Of a stretch of 64,000 nt of DNA, positions 49,151-63,577 are shown in pieces (position 1 is the first letter of the stretch; each line of letters opens with the position of its first letter). A program made the position numbers and the translations under genes. The notes below the pieces were generated by a model, which saw nothing but the letters and a program-made list of their open reading frames with translations, searched no databases and was not told the DNA's origin. The DNA is from Octopus vulgaris (taxonomy: Eukaryota), in assembly GCA_951406725.2 (NCBI GenBank), contig OX597832.1, positions 4,402,001 to 4,466,000 on the forward strand, read 5' to 3'.

Positions 49151-51466
49151 AAAATTGTCACTAGTATTAATTAGGGTGTCTAAGTAATAAAAAGTATATT
49201 TCTGTATCCAATAGATTCCAATGACAAATACCACAGCAGACACATTATATATCTATTGTTTGCTGATGTGGTACCAAATTACTGCCTAAGTGTAAAGAAC
49301 AAAGTTACTTTCTTGCTACTCTAACAAAAAAGTTACCTGCATAAAGGGTTGCTTTCCATGAATACATAATTTAGAATACACACATGACATGCCAGAAATT
49401 TACTGGATATAAATATACAACATTAAGCAGTACTTCTACAGCTACATGTGTTGCTTCTCTTACATCTATCATTTCACTAATTTCAGTGACTTATTATTAT
49501 TACTCATTGACATGTTACAACGCTGATCATTTTAATATTTCCATACCGACACCAGACAACAGCTTCCATACTGAAATGAGGAGTAGCTAGGTGATTATTT
49601 AGATATTTAGATACCACCTAACTGTACAATCAGTGATTAGTATCAACCAAATTTGGAGTCTTAAAAAAAAAAAAAAAAAAATAGAGCACATTATATACCT
49701 CATTCTACCAAGCTTAGAAAATATAAACAAAACACCATTAAGTAACACAGAAATTAGATATAGAAATGTCAACCTGCTTGGATAGTGGAAATGTTTGAAT
49801 TAGCTGACTCATACAAGAACAGATATAAAAAACAAAAATCTATATACATTTTCTGTTCTGTTAGTTACTTTGAAAACAGTGGAGTGTCAGAAACAGTTGT
49901 GCATGAGATTAAATGGCATTCAATATTTAGTTTCTTCTCTCTAACTTCTGAGTTTAAAGTCATGATCAACTTAGCCTTTCATTTCCCCAGGGGTTATTAA
50001 TAAAATAAGGACTAGTTATGTACTTTATCAATCCAAGCTATTATAACTCCAATTCTTGCAAACAGCAACAAATTTCTGATTATGTGCCAATGTTAGACAT
50101 CAACATAAGTCATTTTCATGTATAAAAATAAACCATATTGCTAGGTTATATTCATTCTCTGTGATGAGATTATATATAAACAAGGTCAAATCTTCTAGTA
50201 TGGAGACTACAAAAAGACCTTTGGGGAAACGAATTACAATTTTCACAGACACAACTAAGATTAGTTTCTTATATCAATGAAAGAGCCTCTATGTAGTTAC
50301 TCAACCTGCTAAAATTTGTAGTCAAATTTTGCTCAAATCATACCATTTTTACATTTTACAAAAAGAAAAGAAATGAAAAAAAGGATAATATAGTTCTGAA
50401 AGGAAAAAAAAAAATGGAATGATCCATGCTGCAACACCTTTCATCATCATTCAGCTGGAGTTCAACAAGAACAAAGTGGCTTCTATAATAGGTCTATTAT
50501 AGATACTTTATTAGAAAACTGTTATATATACTCTATTATAAAACTAGCAAACAAGTAGACTTCTGTGTGTAACATTTGTTATGTAGTGCCCAGATAAAAC
50601 CCCCTTTTCTCATAGCTTTATCAATGTGAGATAACAGCAAATCTTGTATCTTTAGATAAAATTGGCTTCTGAAAAATACTTTGCCTGTTGTTAGAAGTTT
50701 TATATTGAAGTGTTGTTTGATTCATTCACTTGTGTATTTTTTTCATTATTTTAATTCTGACAACTTAACTCACAGATAAACTCATTCATGTGATAGTTTA
50801 TAAATATAACCAAGTACATGGCTCATTTAAAAAGCCAATGAATTTAACCCTTTTACAACAAATGATAAACAGAAATTAAAATTTCTCTTGTTTACATGGA
50901 ATTACCATGCAGAACTATTTAAGGAGAAATTAAACCAATATAAATTTCAATTTCAGAGAAAAGGAATATGAAAACTACAAGTTGTTGTTTCAAATAAAAT
51001 GAAATTGGAGAAATTCATTAAATATCTTAATGTATGTATGTTTGTGCTATTGCCTTACATATCAAGGGCAAGTAGTATCACCAACTAATGGTATTAAGGT
51101 TTTAGTATCACCTTTGCCTTTCAGTTACCTGATGTCAATATGTACAAGTAATATAATGGAGATGCCAATTTTTTTTACTAATTAATGGGTAAACATGTTA
51201 AGTAAAGCATATATTTTTGCAAACCAATCTTTTTTTCCCCTGATACTTCATTGCAAAAACTAGAATGGAGGTGTCCAAGAAATAAATTAACTGGACTTTC
51301 ATTTAAAGGAAGGTTTTATATTTTATTACACTGGACCAAGGTTCTGAAACCTTTTGTTATATTTCTGTTGAAATCCACTGCATTTGTTTCAATTTATGTT
51401 GAAAATAATGAAGAATTTAGAAAAAAATAACTTTGTAATTAATATCAAGCTGGTGTTTAGCACATA

Positions 51467-51667
51467 CTCTTTTACTTGTTTCAGTCATTTGACTGTGGCC
51501 ATGCTGGAGCACCGCCTTTAGTCGAGCAAATCAACCCCAGGACTTATTCTTTGTAAGCCTAGTACTTATCCTATCGGTCTCTTTTGCCAAACTGCTAAGT
51601 TACGGGGACGTAAACACACCAGCATTGGTTGTCAAGCGATGCTGGGGGGACAAACACAGAAACACAA

Positions 51668-51730
<63 letters not shown>

Positions 51731-51893
51731 AGACGGGCTTCTTTCAGTTTCTGTCTACCAAACCCACTCGCAAGGCTTTGGTCAGCCCAAGGCTATAGTA
51801 GAAGACACTTGCCCAAGGTGCCACGCAGTGGGACTGAGCCCGGAATCATGTGGTTTGTAAGCAAGCTACTTACCACACAGCCACTCCTATGCC
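51467..51893 (-). mobile_element. Young full-length SINE family A (intronic)
   Basis: CpG-retaining reverse complement of 20371-20797. Confidence 0.9.
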
Positions 51894-54800
51894 TCAGAGC
51901 ATGAAATTCTGATGGAATGTTTTAATTTAGATGACTTTAAAATAAGTTTGTATTGTAGAACCAGGAGCAGTCACAGGCAAGCATTGTGGATCACAAGGAA
52001 GGGGACAATGCCAAGGAAATCCAACAGTGGTGGTGGAGGTTTAAATCATCATCCGCTTTCCATGCTAGCATGGGTTGGACGGTTCAACTGGGGTCTGGGA
52101 AGCCAGAAGGCTGCACCAGGCCCAGTCTGATCTGGCAATGTTTCTATGGCTGGATGCCCTTCCTAACGCCAACCACTTTTTATGTGCCACCGGCACAGGT
52201 GCCAGATGGGGCTGGCAAACGGCCTCGGTCGGATGGTGCTTTTTACGTGCCAGAAATGAAATTTCTAAACCAAGTACAATACTTCTATTTTAAAATAAAT
52301 TTTCAAAAAACTTTATCAGGATTAAAATATGAGCAGAAACACAATTGATGATGTGCCATGGTCCAATAGTTTCATTATATATGTCCTCACCTTCTTTGGC
52401 AATTTCCATAAAAAATTTGTAGAGAATACAGTTTTTAAGTGTCTACTCTGCTGGGTGGTTGGCGTTAGGAAGGGCATCCAGCTGTAAAAACTGTGCTAAA
52501 ACAGACACAGAAGTCTGGTGGAGGTTCCTGCCAAGCCAGCTTCAAACCATCTGACCCATGCCAGTATGGAAGGTGGATGATGATGATGATGATGATGATA
52601 CTAGTTCATGCAAATATCTAAGAAGAGGCACATGCTGGATAGGATAATATAGAAAACATGGGTATCAAACTGTTGTGCAAAATTAGCTTGGTTTTATTCA
52701 ATTTCTATTTTTAGCGTAACATGGAAAGAGGTTGTAGTGGTGGTGGTGGATAAGAAGTGTAAAACACCACTTGCTGAAATGGGGCACTGAACTACAGAAA
52801 ATCGAGGACAACAAATGAAACTGCCTGCCATTACAAGCCATGAGCAATGTCATAGACGTAAAGAAAACCTGCACTGAATGGAAATCTTATTTGACAAAAA
52901 TACAAAACAGACACAAAGCATTGTTACATATGTTAGCTTTGTCTTTCTTACTCGAATATTTTAGAGAGGATAAAATATTAAATTAACAATATTTATGAGT
53001 TATAAAATTGCTAATGGAACCTTGTTATGACTTGTGTCACACAACTCGAACTTATTTCAGTGTCTATAATTGAAAAATAGGTATCATGTAATAAAGAACA
53101 GTGGCATCTGTCTCATCCACTAAAACTACAGACTATGGAGCAAAGCATTATTTTCATGAAGTCCTCAATCAATGAAAATGAGAAACTTTTTAATGTATTA
53201 CATGTCTAAATTTTATTAACTCTAATCAAAATGTCTTCTACAACTGGCAAGTCTTTCCTGCCATTACCACAGATATTTTTGAAAAGTGATATTTCAATTA
53301 TCATCATGTGAAATGTTTCTAACTGGCAGTTGAAAGTGTGAGAGCAATTTATGGTCTATGGAGTCAACCCACCATTAAAGCACAAGTATGAGTGGACTGA
53401 ACAGTTAAAGAGACATTAAATCAATATAAAAGTTGTATGGGCTGCTAAATTAAATTTTAGGCCATTTGATTTAGTTTTAAATGTTACTACAACATTTCAA
53501 TGAAGAACTAATTCATAAACTAATATATCAATTTAATATGTTCAGACATTCACACACACATACTTAAGTTCAAAATAGTGTATGACTCATTCTTAACAAA
53601 TTGTAAAAAAACATTTGTGTAACTTGAATGTCTAGTTTTCCAACTAAAAACAGATGCACTTAAAAACTGTCAACATATACTAATGCATCGAAACAGAACT
53701 GAAGTGGTACATGTACAACTAAGAGAAAATAAACGTGGAGACCGGTATTAGGAATGTATAAGACTTGAGTATTCAAAATGGACCAAGCAAGATAGACCCA
53801 GAGAAGACATAGAAGTATGCCCTATATAATTAATGATTTATGGATGAAGAAAAGAAAAAATTACCACATTTATATTAAATTAACAAGTGATACAGGGGGG
53901 AAAAAAAGAAACCATTTGTTGAACTCTCAATAAGTTTTCTCCTTTTCTGAAATCCTAAGCTCAATTAAATTACATATGGAGCCAGCTTCCCTTGACTGTA
54001 ATGAATATCTAATTAATTTACTATCCAGACTAGTTATAATAACTACTACACATAAGTGGGCCACTTGAAGGTTTGAATTAAGATAATTAGCAAAGGAATC
54101 AAAAAACATTAACAAAATTTCATCAGCACAGATTCATTTGTAGAGCTTGTTTCAACTGGAAAGGTTTTTTTTATAGAGAGTTCCAAACATTAATTCACAA
54201 TTTACAAATGACATTCCTCCACCAAATTTGAGAATATTTTCCAAGACCAGCAGAGAATGAATACACTTCTACATCACAAAACATCAATATATTCTAAACT
54301 CAATTTGTTTTGTATTACTGCATAGTTTGTCTTCATTAACCCCTTTCACAGACATTATACAGTACTCATCCTACAAAAACAAGTCACAAACACTAGAAAC
54401 ATTTCCCTGAACCATATTATCATGTGTCCTACTTCATAATTCTAAACAGAAGTCACCTTGGTAATAACTTATCTTCTATTAGCATTCAAAAAATGTCTTT
54501 AGACTTAAATACTAGAGTGGTCATACTGTTAATCACATCAACATACTTAATAGAATTAGAGCTGATTCCCAGTTAGCCTATTTGAGATTCTGTCATATTC
54601 CATTGCAAACAATGATTGTACTATTATACATCACACTGACTTCTGATTCTTTGGACACTGATAGTAATAGCATCTGGTGCTGCTGCTTTACTTTTCATTT
54701 ACATTTATTCTCTAACAGAAAATAAATGCAACTGTGATTTTCTTATAAATAAAAAAATAAAATAAAGAAAATTAAAAGAAAAAACTCATCAAATGAATAG

Positions 54801-56039
54801 CTCAGTTCCAAAATATTCACGAATGGTAGAAATATTCTTGTTCAACAAGCAGATAAATACAGAACTACTGAGTACCGTAAAAGGTTTATTGCTAAAATGA
54901 GGCACCTATAACTGAATCATTAACCCCCCCCCAATTTATTAATGAGAGTAAATTTATAAAAGGTATAAAAGACTAAAAGCCCTTAAATAGCTAATTAATA
55001 AATCTTTTCTGATTCTGAAGATGATTAACAGGTAAGATACATGGAAATAAGCAAAAAAAAAACTTCTAATATTTGAATATTTGGTACAAAAATAACTGCA
55101 TCCATCTCATCAGTCATAGAAAGCTTGTAAAAGCAATGGACATAACTTCTTTTTTGACGAAAACAATGGAAAAAGAAATAATCAAAAAAAAACTTTTTAA
55201 CTAGAAATTCTGGAATTTTTTCTCATTTGAAAGAAAAGGGGGTTAACACAAAGGATACTTTGTGAAACAGATACCAGGTAAAACAGTAGTCTAGGTAGAA
55301 ATATAAATCCAACTATACCAGAAACAGCAAACAGAATAGCAAAGGCATAATTAAAATAGAAATTGCAGAGACATAATAATCAAGAATAAAAAACAGACCA
55401 CCTATGGCATATTTCCTTTTAGAAAATGTGCAAGACATGATAATTATAAAAAAAAACTCTTATATATATATATATATATATATATATCAAATTAGATTTT
55501 ATCTTCTTCTTCAGGCTAGGCTTCTGCAACAGATAAACATCATCCTACTATTTAGTATTTACAGTGATAAATAATTTAATTTTCATCACATGCTTTGATA
55601 GAAATTTCTCACCGAGATTAAGTTGCAAACATTGCCAGTAAGAGGAATCTTAACATTATCAAAACTATAAAGAATATTTTAATGATGAGCATTTAATTAG
55701 CATCTTTTGCTAAAAAGCAGTGAGAAGGGAGGGTATTATAAAATGTTTTTAGAGATGCTTTAAGAAAACATTTCTGATGACTGAAACAGCATCATACAAA
55801 GAGAAGAATATAGTGTTTCAGTTTAACAATCAGAATATATGTGCTTAAATACAGTGATAACAGAATATATATTTTCTCATAATGGAACAATGCCTGCAAA
55901 TTTGTAGGAGGATGCAGTTGACTGTCTCAACCCCAGAATAAATCTGGTACTTATTTTTATTGACTCCACAAAACACACACAACCTTTGGAGTTTTTTTTT
56001 TTTTGATAGAAGAAATGTCTTTAAACATATATCTTCTAT

Positions 56040-57180
56040 CTGTTACTTATATGAGTCATCGGATGGTGGCCATGCTGGGGCACTACCTTGAAAGGTTTTG
56101 TCAAACAAATCAACCACAGCAGATATTTTTTTAAAAGTCTATTGGTCCATTTGCCAAACTGCTAAGTTACGGGGACATAACCAACACCAGGGGAACAAAC
56201 ATACATATATGATGGGTTTCTATATATAACTCATTCACAAGTCACTGGTTGGCCCAGGGCTATAGTGAAAGACACTTGCCCAAGACACCACACAGTGGGA
56301 CTGAACCTGAGACCATATGACTGCAGAAGGAAGCAAAAATATTAAAAGAAAACCACTGAACTGAAATAGGGAGGAAGGAAAGCTTGTAGGCTTGGCAAGA
56401 GTTGAACCCATAAGAAACATACATTCAAGAGAAGGAAAAAGACAGAGAATGGAAAGCTAACAGAATGCAGAATCAAAAGATGAATTAGTTATTCTTTTAT
56501 TTCAACCATGTGGTTGGTAAGCAAGCTACTTACCACACAGCCACTCCTGTGCCTGCCAATTCACCAATTAGCATTTTAATTACTGTACCAGAAAAAGTCA
56601 GTTTGATTAGTTTATTTTAAACATATGTTTGTGGCAAGATCAACTCGGAATGCAAAAACATAAGCACATATTAAGAATAAGGTTGCCTAAAAATGATGAA
56701 AATTGTCACTTAGTGAAGGCTACACCTGCTGCAGTTTGTTATGGACTTTTATACCCCAACTCTTTCTGGATAAACTATTTATATATTTATAGATCTAGGT
56801 TTTAAAATTATTTATATGGTATTTTCATCAACACTGTAATAAAGTTTTATTCTTGTTTCAGCCATTAGATTGTGACAATGTTGGATTGACCCAAGTACTT
56901 TTTTTTTTTAAAGCCTGGTACTTATTCTATTAGTCTCTTTTGCTGAACAGCTAAGTTACAGGGGACACACCAACATTGGTTGTCAAGCAATTGTGGGGGA
57001 TATATGTGTGTGTGTATACAATAGGCTTCTTTCAGGTTCTGTCTACCAAATCTGTTCACAAGGCTTTGGTTGGTCCAAAGCTATCAAGTAGAAGACACCT
57101 GCCCAAGGTGCCACACAGTGGAACTAGTTCCACAACCATGTAATTGGGAAGCAAGCTTCTTATCATATAGCCACTTCTGG
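56040..57180 (-). mobile_element. Three SINE family A copies or fragments (about 56040-56330, 56505-56555, 56850-57180)
   Basis: Repeated AAGACAC.TGCCCAAG...CCACACAGTGG.ACT and AAGCAAGCT.CTTA.CA.A.AGCCACT. Confidence 0.8.
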
Positions 57181-58049
57181 GCATTCTATTGTTTTTTTCT
57201 CCCCATTTCCTAAGAGGTCAACAATACCACGACACCAACAAAATATCACATAGATGCTACCCTGAGAGAGAAAATAAAACGTTTTCGGAGAATTCTTAGC
57301 AAGAAAGGCTACTTTGATTTTGAGTTTTGAACTGCTTGGGAGATATGATAACACTGTGTAACACGATTTTTGTCCTTGGGTAAGAACTGTCATTTCCTAT
57401 TTGCTTACTTCTAGAAAGCATGAAAAATACCTATTTCCTTCAAATTTTGCATTTCTTACATTTATTCAAACCCCAAAGAATTCCTCTCAACACATGGCTA
57501 TAATGCTCCCTAACTACTCCTGCTTATAATAAGAGATGCACATATTGTTAGTCACAAGTGGTTAAGATCAAGCAACTGACAAGCAAATTTGTGGTATTGA
57601 CCAGAATATTTGCTATAATGATATTTCTGCTTCAGCAGCTCAGTGCTGAATCTGTCTGAAATGTAATGGAAAATAGGTGAGTTTCAAAACATTGATGTCT
57701 AGGTCAGAAAAGCAAAGTTTGAAGGGAAAGCAGTCATTTCCTTTGATTTCTAGATAGAAGCAAATAGGAAATAAAACTTATTAACCAAAGACAGACAAAA
57801 AAAAAGTTAATATTTTGTTAAATAGTATAATGAATCAGGAACTTATTTCTTTAAGAGTAAAACTATACAAGTGTATTGATTGTGTTCAACAGATTGAAAG
57901 TGTATGAGAGTATTGACTGTTTTCAGCAGTAAGTATTTAACAGCTATTTGAAATAGCTTCTCAGGAATAGCTTCTCTACTGCTGCTACAAATTAGTGATC
58001 TTGGGCCAATTGACATACACAAAATATGCTTGTTTTTAAAAACATAGCT

Positions 58050-59150
58050 TGTTTATTTCTGAAAGTATAACCATGGGGGTATAACCAAAGTAGAAATTAT
58101 GCTGTTTTATTATCTGCAATTTCATTTTTAAGTTAATATTCACAATTTGAATATGAAAGAAAATCCAGAGACATATTTTATGTAATTTTTTTTGCCTTAC
58201 ACTTACAGACCCGTTCATATTTTGGATTAAAGTTACAATTGGAAACGAATCACAGCTTTAGCAGGGTCTTTTATATATGACCTTGATTATGAAGTATATC
58301 TTAATAATTTTGGGTGTTATGATGAACCATAGTACAGCCATGACTGTGCCAGAAATCAATAAAATGGGAGTAATATAGGATATATTAGCATATATGGCTT
58401 AAAAAAACTTCTCTGTCTTACTTTGAAACATTTTCATTTGACAGCTTCAATATATAGACAGAAGATGAATTTTGTGTCAAATATTAGTCCCAAGAACTTT
58501 GTCTTATTGTCAAACCTTGATACAGACTTCATCCACCTTCAATTTTAGATTACTGTACTGTCATTTCACCAGACAAACATATACAGAATGTTTTTATTAG
58601 TGAAAATTATTTGTTGACAATCAAAAATAATTTTCGCTAATAAAAAACGGTTATTTGTGTAATAGTTATTTTTGTTACTACACCCAAATTATTTGTTTGG
58701 CTTTCAACAAAAGTCTTTAATCTAGGGAATTTTGAAAACTTGTTTGGGATTTTCACATGGGAAGGTATCTGAGAAAAATCAATTGTTTTGTCTTTATACA
58801 GGAAAGCAAACTGTTTGAGCATGATTTGGAAGAAAAGAGACTTTTCTAACAACTGCTATAACATACCTTTTGGATGTGTAGTCCAATACAAGATGTTGGT
58901 ATAACCTTGGTATATCTGTATATCTTACTACACAGCTGGCAATACATCATTTCACATTGTGATTGTGAACAAGGGATAATCAGTAGTAATTCACTAACTA
59001 TTCTGGATCCATGAAGTGCCACACTTGTTGGAGCAAGGATGAACTTTCTTAGACTGATAATCAGAGAGAGGTGTTGACTTCTGAACAGGTGGTAAAACTC
59101 ATATATGATGCAGTATTGTAATTGTATAGGGTTAGTTTCTGAAGAGTTTA
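58050..59150 (-). mobile_element. Very old I/Nimb-like LINE remnant
   Basis: Minus-strand remnants in the expected order: TSC, LEK...QFAF...TID, KTKFLGLIFD, YGSS and LHNQG. Confidence 0.6.
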
Positions 59151-59218
59151 GTATTAAGAATAACTTGTTTAGTAATAGTTTAAGCTTGTTATTTTGTTCC
59201 CTGTCAACCCTGATCAAA

Positions 59219-59637
59219 CAGGTTCATTCAAAAAGTGTCTGAATTTATTTTTTGCTGCATAGGCAAAATCCTTTGCATCGGAAGTGACACCATCCTCCTA
59301 GCACATAAGTAAAAATTTTTGTGCCAGTAGGCTGCATCAGTTCCTGGTTGTTATGTCTAGAGTACAGCTGTGTAGTAAGCACTAATCAGATTTTTGTTTC
59401 CCCCTAACACATCAAGCAGAAAAATTGCATCAAATTTTGCAAAAAGCTTGGTGATACTAATGTTCAAACCACCCAGAAGATTCAGTAGGCCTTTGGTGAT
59501 GTGCTGGCCTCCTGGCATGAAAATTTTCAACCATGTGCAGGAAGGGTGGTGTTACATCACACCCAAAGGATTTTGCCCATGCAGTGTTAATTTTGATGAG
59601 GGAAAAATAAAGTCAGACACATTTTGGACACACCTTG
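59219..59637 (+). mobile_element. Mariner-derived MITE with imperfect TIRs of about 120 bp
   Basis: CAAAAAGTGTCTGAATTTATTTTT...GCATAGGCAAAATCCTTTG is inverted at CAAAGGATTTTGCCCATGC...AAAATAAAGTCAGACACATTTTG. Internal QKNCIKFCKKLG resembles a mariner N-terminus. Confidence 0.8.
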
Positions 59638-61455
59638 TATGGAAAAAGGCATTTCACCAATAACCTTTTTTCATCCATTATTCAATGTGCATTTTTTTTA
59701 AAGTGTGGTTGAGAGAGATTTGGTTGTTATTTTCAAGAGCTTAAATGACTACATAAAGACTTTTTCATTTGCTCAAGATTGAAGAGGTGGAATGTAATGA
59801 AAAAAGATGTTCCATATTTTACAGTCTCGTGGAGAAGCACAGAGTGGAGAAAAACAGGAGTAGCAAGTGAGAAGAAACGGGAGTAACAGTTGTAAGAAAC
59901 AGGAGTAACTAAAGAAAAAGAAAACAAATAGAACCAAGAGATTTAACTTTGATCATGTCAAAATTTAATTTCAAATGACAGATTCAGTAACTCCAGTTAT
60001 CAGAGCAATAAACTTGTAACAGGCAGAAACCTATTTTCTCATAGCCACAAATTCCACCAGAAAATAAAACTGTAGCAATGAGGGAGCCTGCAAACAGTTG
60101 CTATGCTAGCTAGAAATAGCAGGCAAATTTCCCTCAGATAATATCCTAGTTATTTTTTAAAAAAGGAGTCACTGGAAAATGTAGTCTGGAAAAAAAGGAA
60201 AGCAAGATGGTCACAGCTGGAATTCTTTGATCATAGGTCTGTGTAATCAGACTTGAGCTGAGTTAAATAACAAGAACAACTTTGATCATGTGCAACTTTG
60301 CATATTGCTCAATAAATTCCCACTGTGCCACAAAAACAGAAGGCTATCATGCTGGTTGACTATATCTATCCTACTATTTTTCAGAAAAGAGAAAAAAATA
60401 ACTGTATGACAATTTCAGAAGGTAAAAAAGAAAGATGATTGAGAAAGAGAGCATAGAGGCTTGAGGAATAAGCATGAAGGCAGTGTATAGCTAAAACATG
60501 AAGAAATGTTGAGACATATTCTTATGTAATGTAAGTTTTCTGTGAATAAGTATAAAAGAACAAACTAACAACAGTTTTTGTGAAATTCTGGCAAAATTGA
60601 GAGCTTGAGAACTGAGAGGAATGGTGGCAGTTTCCTCATTTGATAAAGGATTTTAATACAAGAGCCTTTTCAAACTAACCTACTTAAAATACAAGACTTA
60701 GTCATAGAAACTCAAGAAAGTTTTCATGCTAAAAGGAAACAAGATTTCAGAACAAAGGGGGACCTTTAACTAGATTTATTTTAGTATCTTAATTGCTCTA
60801 GCAAAGTAGTCCAAATATTTTTTATTACCAACAGAAACAACTTTAAATCTAATTGCCCAATCAAAGATAAAAAACAAAACACTAAATGTATTAAGTATAT
60901 AAAACATAAAATATTAATTATAATTTTAAGTTACAAATGTTATAAAATCAACTTAAATATAACTGACAAAGAGCTTCAATACATTTAAATTTAATGATTT
61001 ATTCTTTTTAAAGATTTGATTTGTTGAATATTTACTGTATTATAATACATACACACACTATATAATATTAAATGCAGAAGACTTGCAAAGACTAGAAAGA
61101 AATAAAGCTAACATGTTCCAAAAGATGAGTAACATAAGTGTGCATGAATGTCAGAGTACAAATGAGCTAAGAAAGAAACTGGGTATAAGAAGAATCAGGT
61201 GTTGTGTACAAGAGAGAAGGCTGTATTGTGTGGCATGGAATGTCCTTTGATACTGAATATGGAAGTGCTGAAGCTAGCGGAACATGCAGAAAACATGTGG
61301 GACAAAGTGGTGAAGGCCACTGGTTTGAAGATGTGTTTTATGGAGGACATGCACTGATTGGTAATGTGCAGTGCTGCAAAAGACCCATCCACCCAAAGCA
61401 AAAAGTACCCTGATATGAAAATAGAGCCTAGAAACCAACCATATATATATATATA

Positions 61456-61666
61456 TGAGGTGGGGCTGAAAAATTCCTGGATTTGGGTAAATGAAAATAC
61501 AGGAGGATCAGTTAACTATGATTTTATTCAACATATCTTGGATTCATACACTTATTACAGTGGTCCTACAGATTTTCTAAGCCCTATAAAAGAAGTTGGA
61601 AGGTTGGACCTCCAACCAAACCTATTGCGATACCCTTAAAGCCAGGAACTTTTTAGCACCCCTTCT
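61456..61666. mobile_element. Mariner-type MITE of about 210 bp
   Basis: TIRs GAGGTGGGGCTGAAAAATTCCTGGATTT / GAAGGGGTGCTAAAAAGTTCCTGGCTTT in a TA context. Confidence 0.75.
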
Positions 61667-62182
61667 TATTTATATACATGTATACTTATTTATGTATTTG
61701 TACTCTATCAAGCCTACCTTTGATGATCTCGCACCATGTATCCTCACCTCCCCTCTCTCATATACCTTTTGCTCACCCCCTCCTCCTTGTCTCCTTTTTT
61801 TTTTTTGCATCACTCATCTCCTCATCACCTGTGCTGATTGCACCATCCACTTCACTTTGCTCCAACCTCTATTGCCACACAACACCTACTCTTGTCTTTA
61901 TCTTATCACCCACTCTAACTTCTAGTGCCAATTATTCCTCTTCCAATTTCACCCTCTAAATATCCCTACATTTTCCATCATACTCTTGTCTCTTCTACCT
62001 TCCACTCATTCTGGTCCTTCAGCAGTCTCTCTCTCTCTCTCTCACACACACACATGCACACACACTAAAGGAAATGTGTTGATTATAGCTGAAAACATTT
62101 CTAGCATTTTACTAAATTTACTAAAATGATTCTACAAATTATTTTTAAGTTAGAGGCTTTCCCCGAGTACCAATTGCTTTAA

Positions 62183-62383
62183 CCCTTTAGCATTCACATT
62201 ATTCTGTTAAAAGTAATGCTTATTTTATTCAGTTTTGAATTTATCAAGCATTATCTTGTAGCTTTGAGATTTTGATGAGGTAACTACTTAGGTTTAGAAT
62301 GACATTGTAGGGTTGGTGTGAGAAGCTAGATCTGGCTGCTTTGAACATAAAACAAGTAGAATATTTTGGCCAATGCTAAAAGT
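62183..62383. mobile_element. piggyBac-type MITE
   Basis: TTAA-CCCTTTAGCATT ... AATGCTAAAAGT-TTAA. Confidence 0.7.
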
Positions 62384-63379
62384 TTAAAATGAAGTATTGC
62401 AATATTCCCTAAATATATATGAAGCACTGAGCTTGAAGTACTCACAGACAAAAGCTTTATATATCTATTTCTCCATATTAGTTTCTTACATATTTTGAAG
62501 CTAGTATCTCCTCCTTTTTAAGCAAGAATATTGGTGGAAGTTGGTATGAATGAATCTTCAGTATTAAGGTGTTTTTTATGAAAATAACAATAAACTGAAG
62601 CTGAAACTGGTGTTCACAATTAACTAGAAGTTACATACACAAAAGTTTTCCCACGAATAGGAATTATTAAACTAATATTTCACATCACATTAAAGGACAA
62701 ATGAATTAATTGTAAACAAGAAAGTATTTCTAACCTTGCTCTAAACAAGTGTTAGATTATGGCTCAGAGAGGGCTACACAGAATTATAACTGGAAGGACA
62801 TGATTTAAACTTAACTGGTTCTTAATTTTTGGTATAGTTAGAACCAGGCATGCTCATTCTACCAGAATGTTTATATATTTTTGAGCAGGACGTGGAATAC
62901 TTTCTATTTTATAATCTCTTCGCTGTGGTGTCCTACTGTCAAGCTTACATCACCCAATGATTTCTCTTTTTTTTTTTTCCTGGATGCTGACTGTTATATA
63001 AACAGTCTCAGAGAGAATGATCAGAGAATTTAGGTTAAAATCACAATTCTTCAGTTCTTAGATCTCAATGCTATCTCTGAAGTGTTTTAATACCAAAACT
63101 GTTTTGGAGCGAAGTATCATGAAAAATTTTTTTAGTATTTTATACTTTTCAAGTTACATTTATTACCAAATATTAAATGAATTAAATATTTTGATGAAAA
63201 CATTCCTGTATCAATTACCTTTTTAACAACCTGTATTCTGCAGGGAAAGGGAGAGGAAAACAACTTTTATTCTTGCCCCCGAAAAGCAAACAAACTGATA
63301 GCTTATATTAGAAATAAAATAGAAAGAAAACAGCCTTTAAATCCCTTTGAATATGTGTTAAGTCAACATATATAATGAT

Positions 63380-63577
63380 AATCCTTTCTTCTATAGGCAC
63401 AAGGCCTGAAATTTTTTTGTGGAGGAGGGGGCAAGTTCATTACTTATTTTATCAACCCCAAAAGGATGAATGGCAAAGATGACCTTGGCGAAATTTGAAC
63501 TCAGAATATAAGGATGGATGAAAAGCCACTAAGCATTTTGCTCAGCATGCCAACAATTTTGCCAGCTTGCCACCTTA
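63380..63577 (-). mobile_element. SINE family B
   Basis: Reverse-complement head ...TGCCAGCTTGCCACCTTA. The flanking AACATATATAATGATAAT at about 63365 and 63577 looks like a target-site duplication. Confidence 0.85.

Noticed and set aside
49337-57261. Further candidate minus-strand exons (49337-49402, a 22-nt segment near 53975-53995, 57228-57261) that can be chained in frame
   Set aside because: Each has one weak splice site, the joined peptide looks unnatural, and such matches are expected by chance in 18 kb of AT-rich intron.
59820-59910. Strong minus-strand acceptor followed by open frames
   Set aside because: The content is a degenerate short tandem repeat (AAACAGGAGTA.C three times) with a poor donor.
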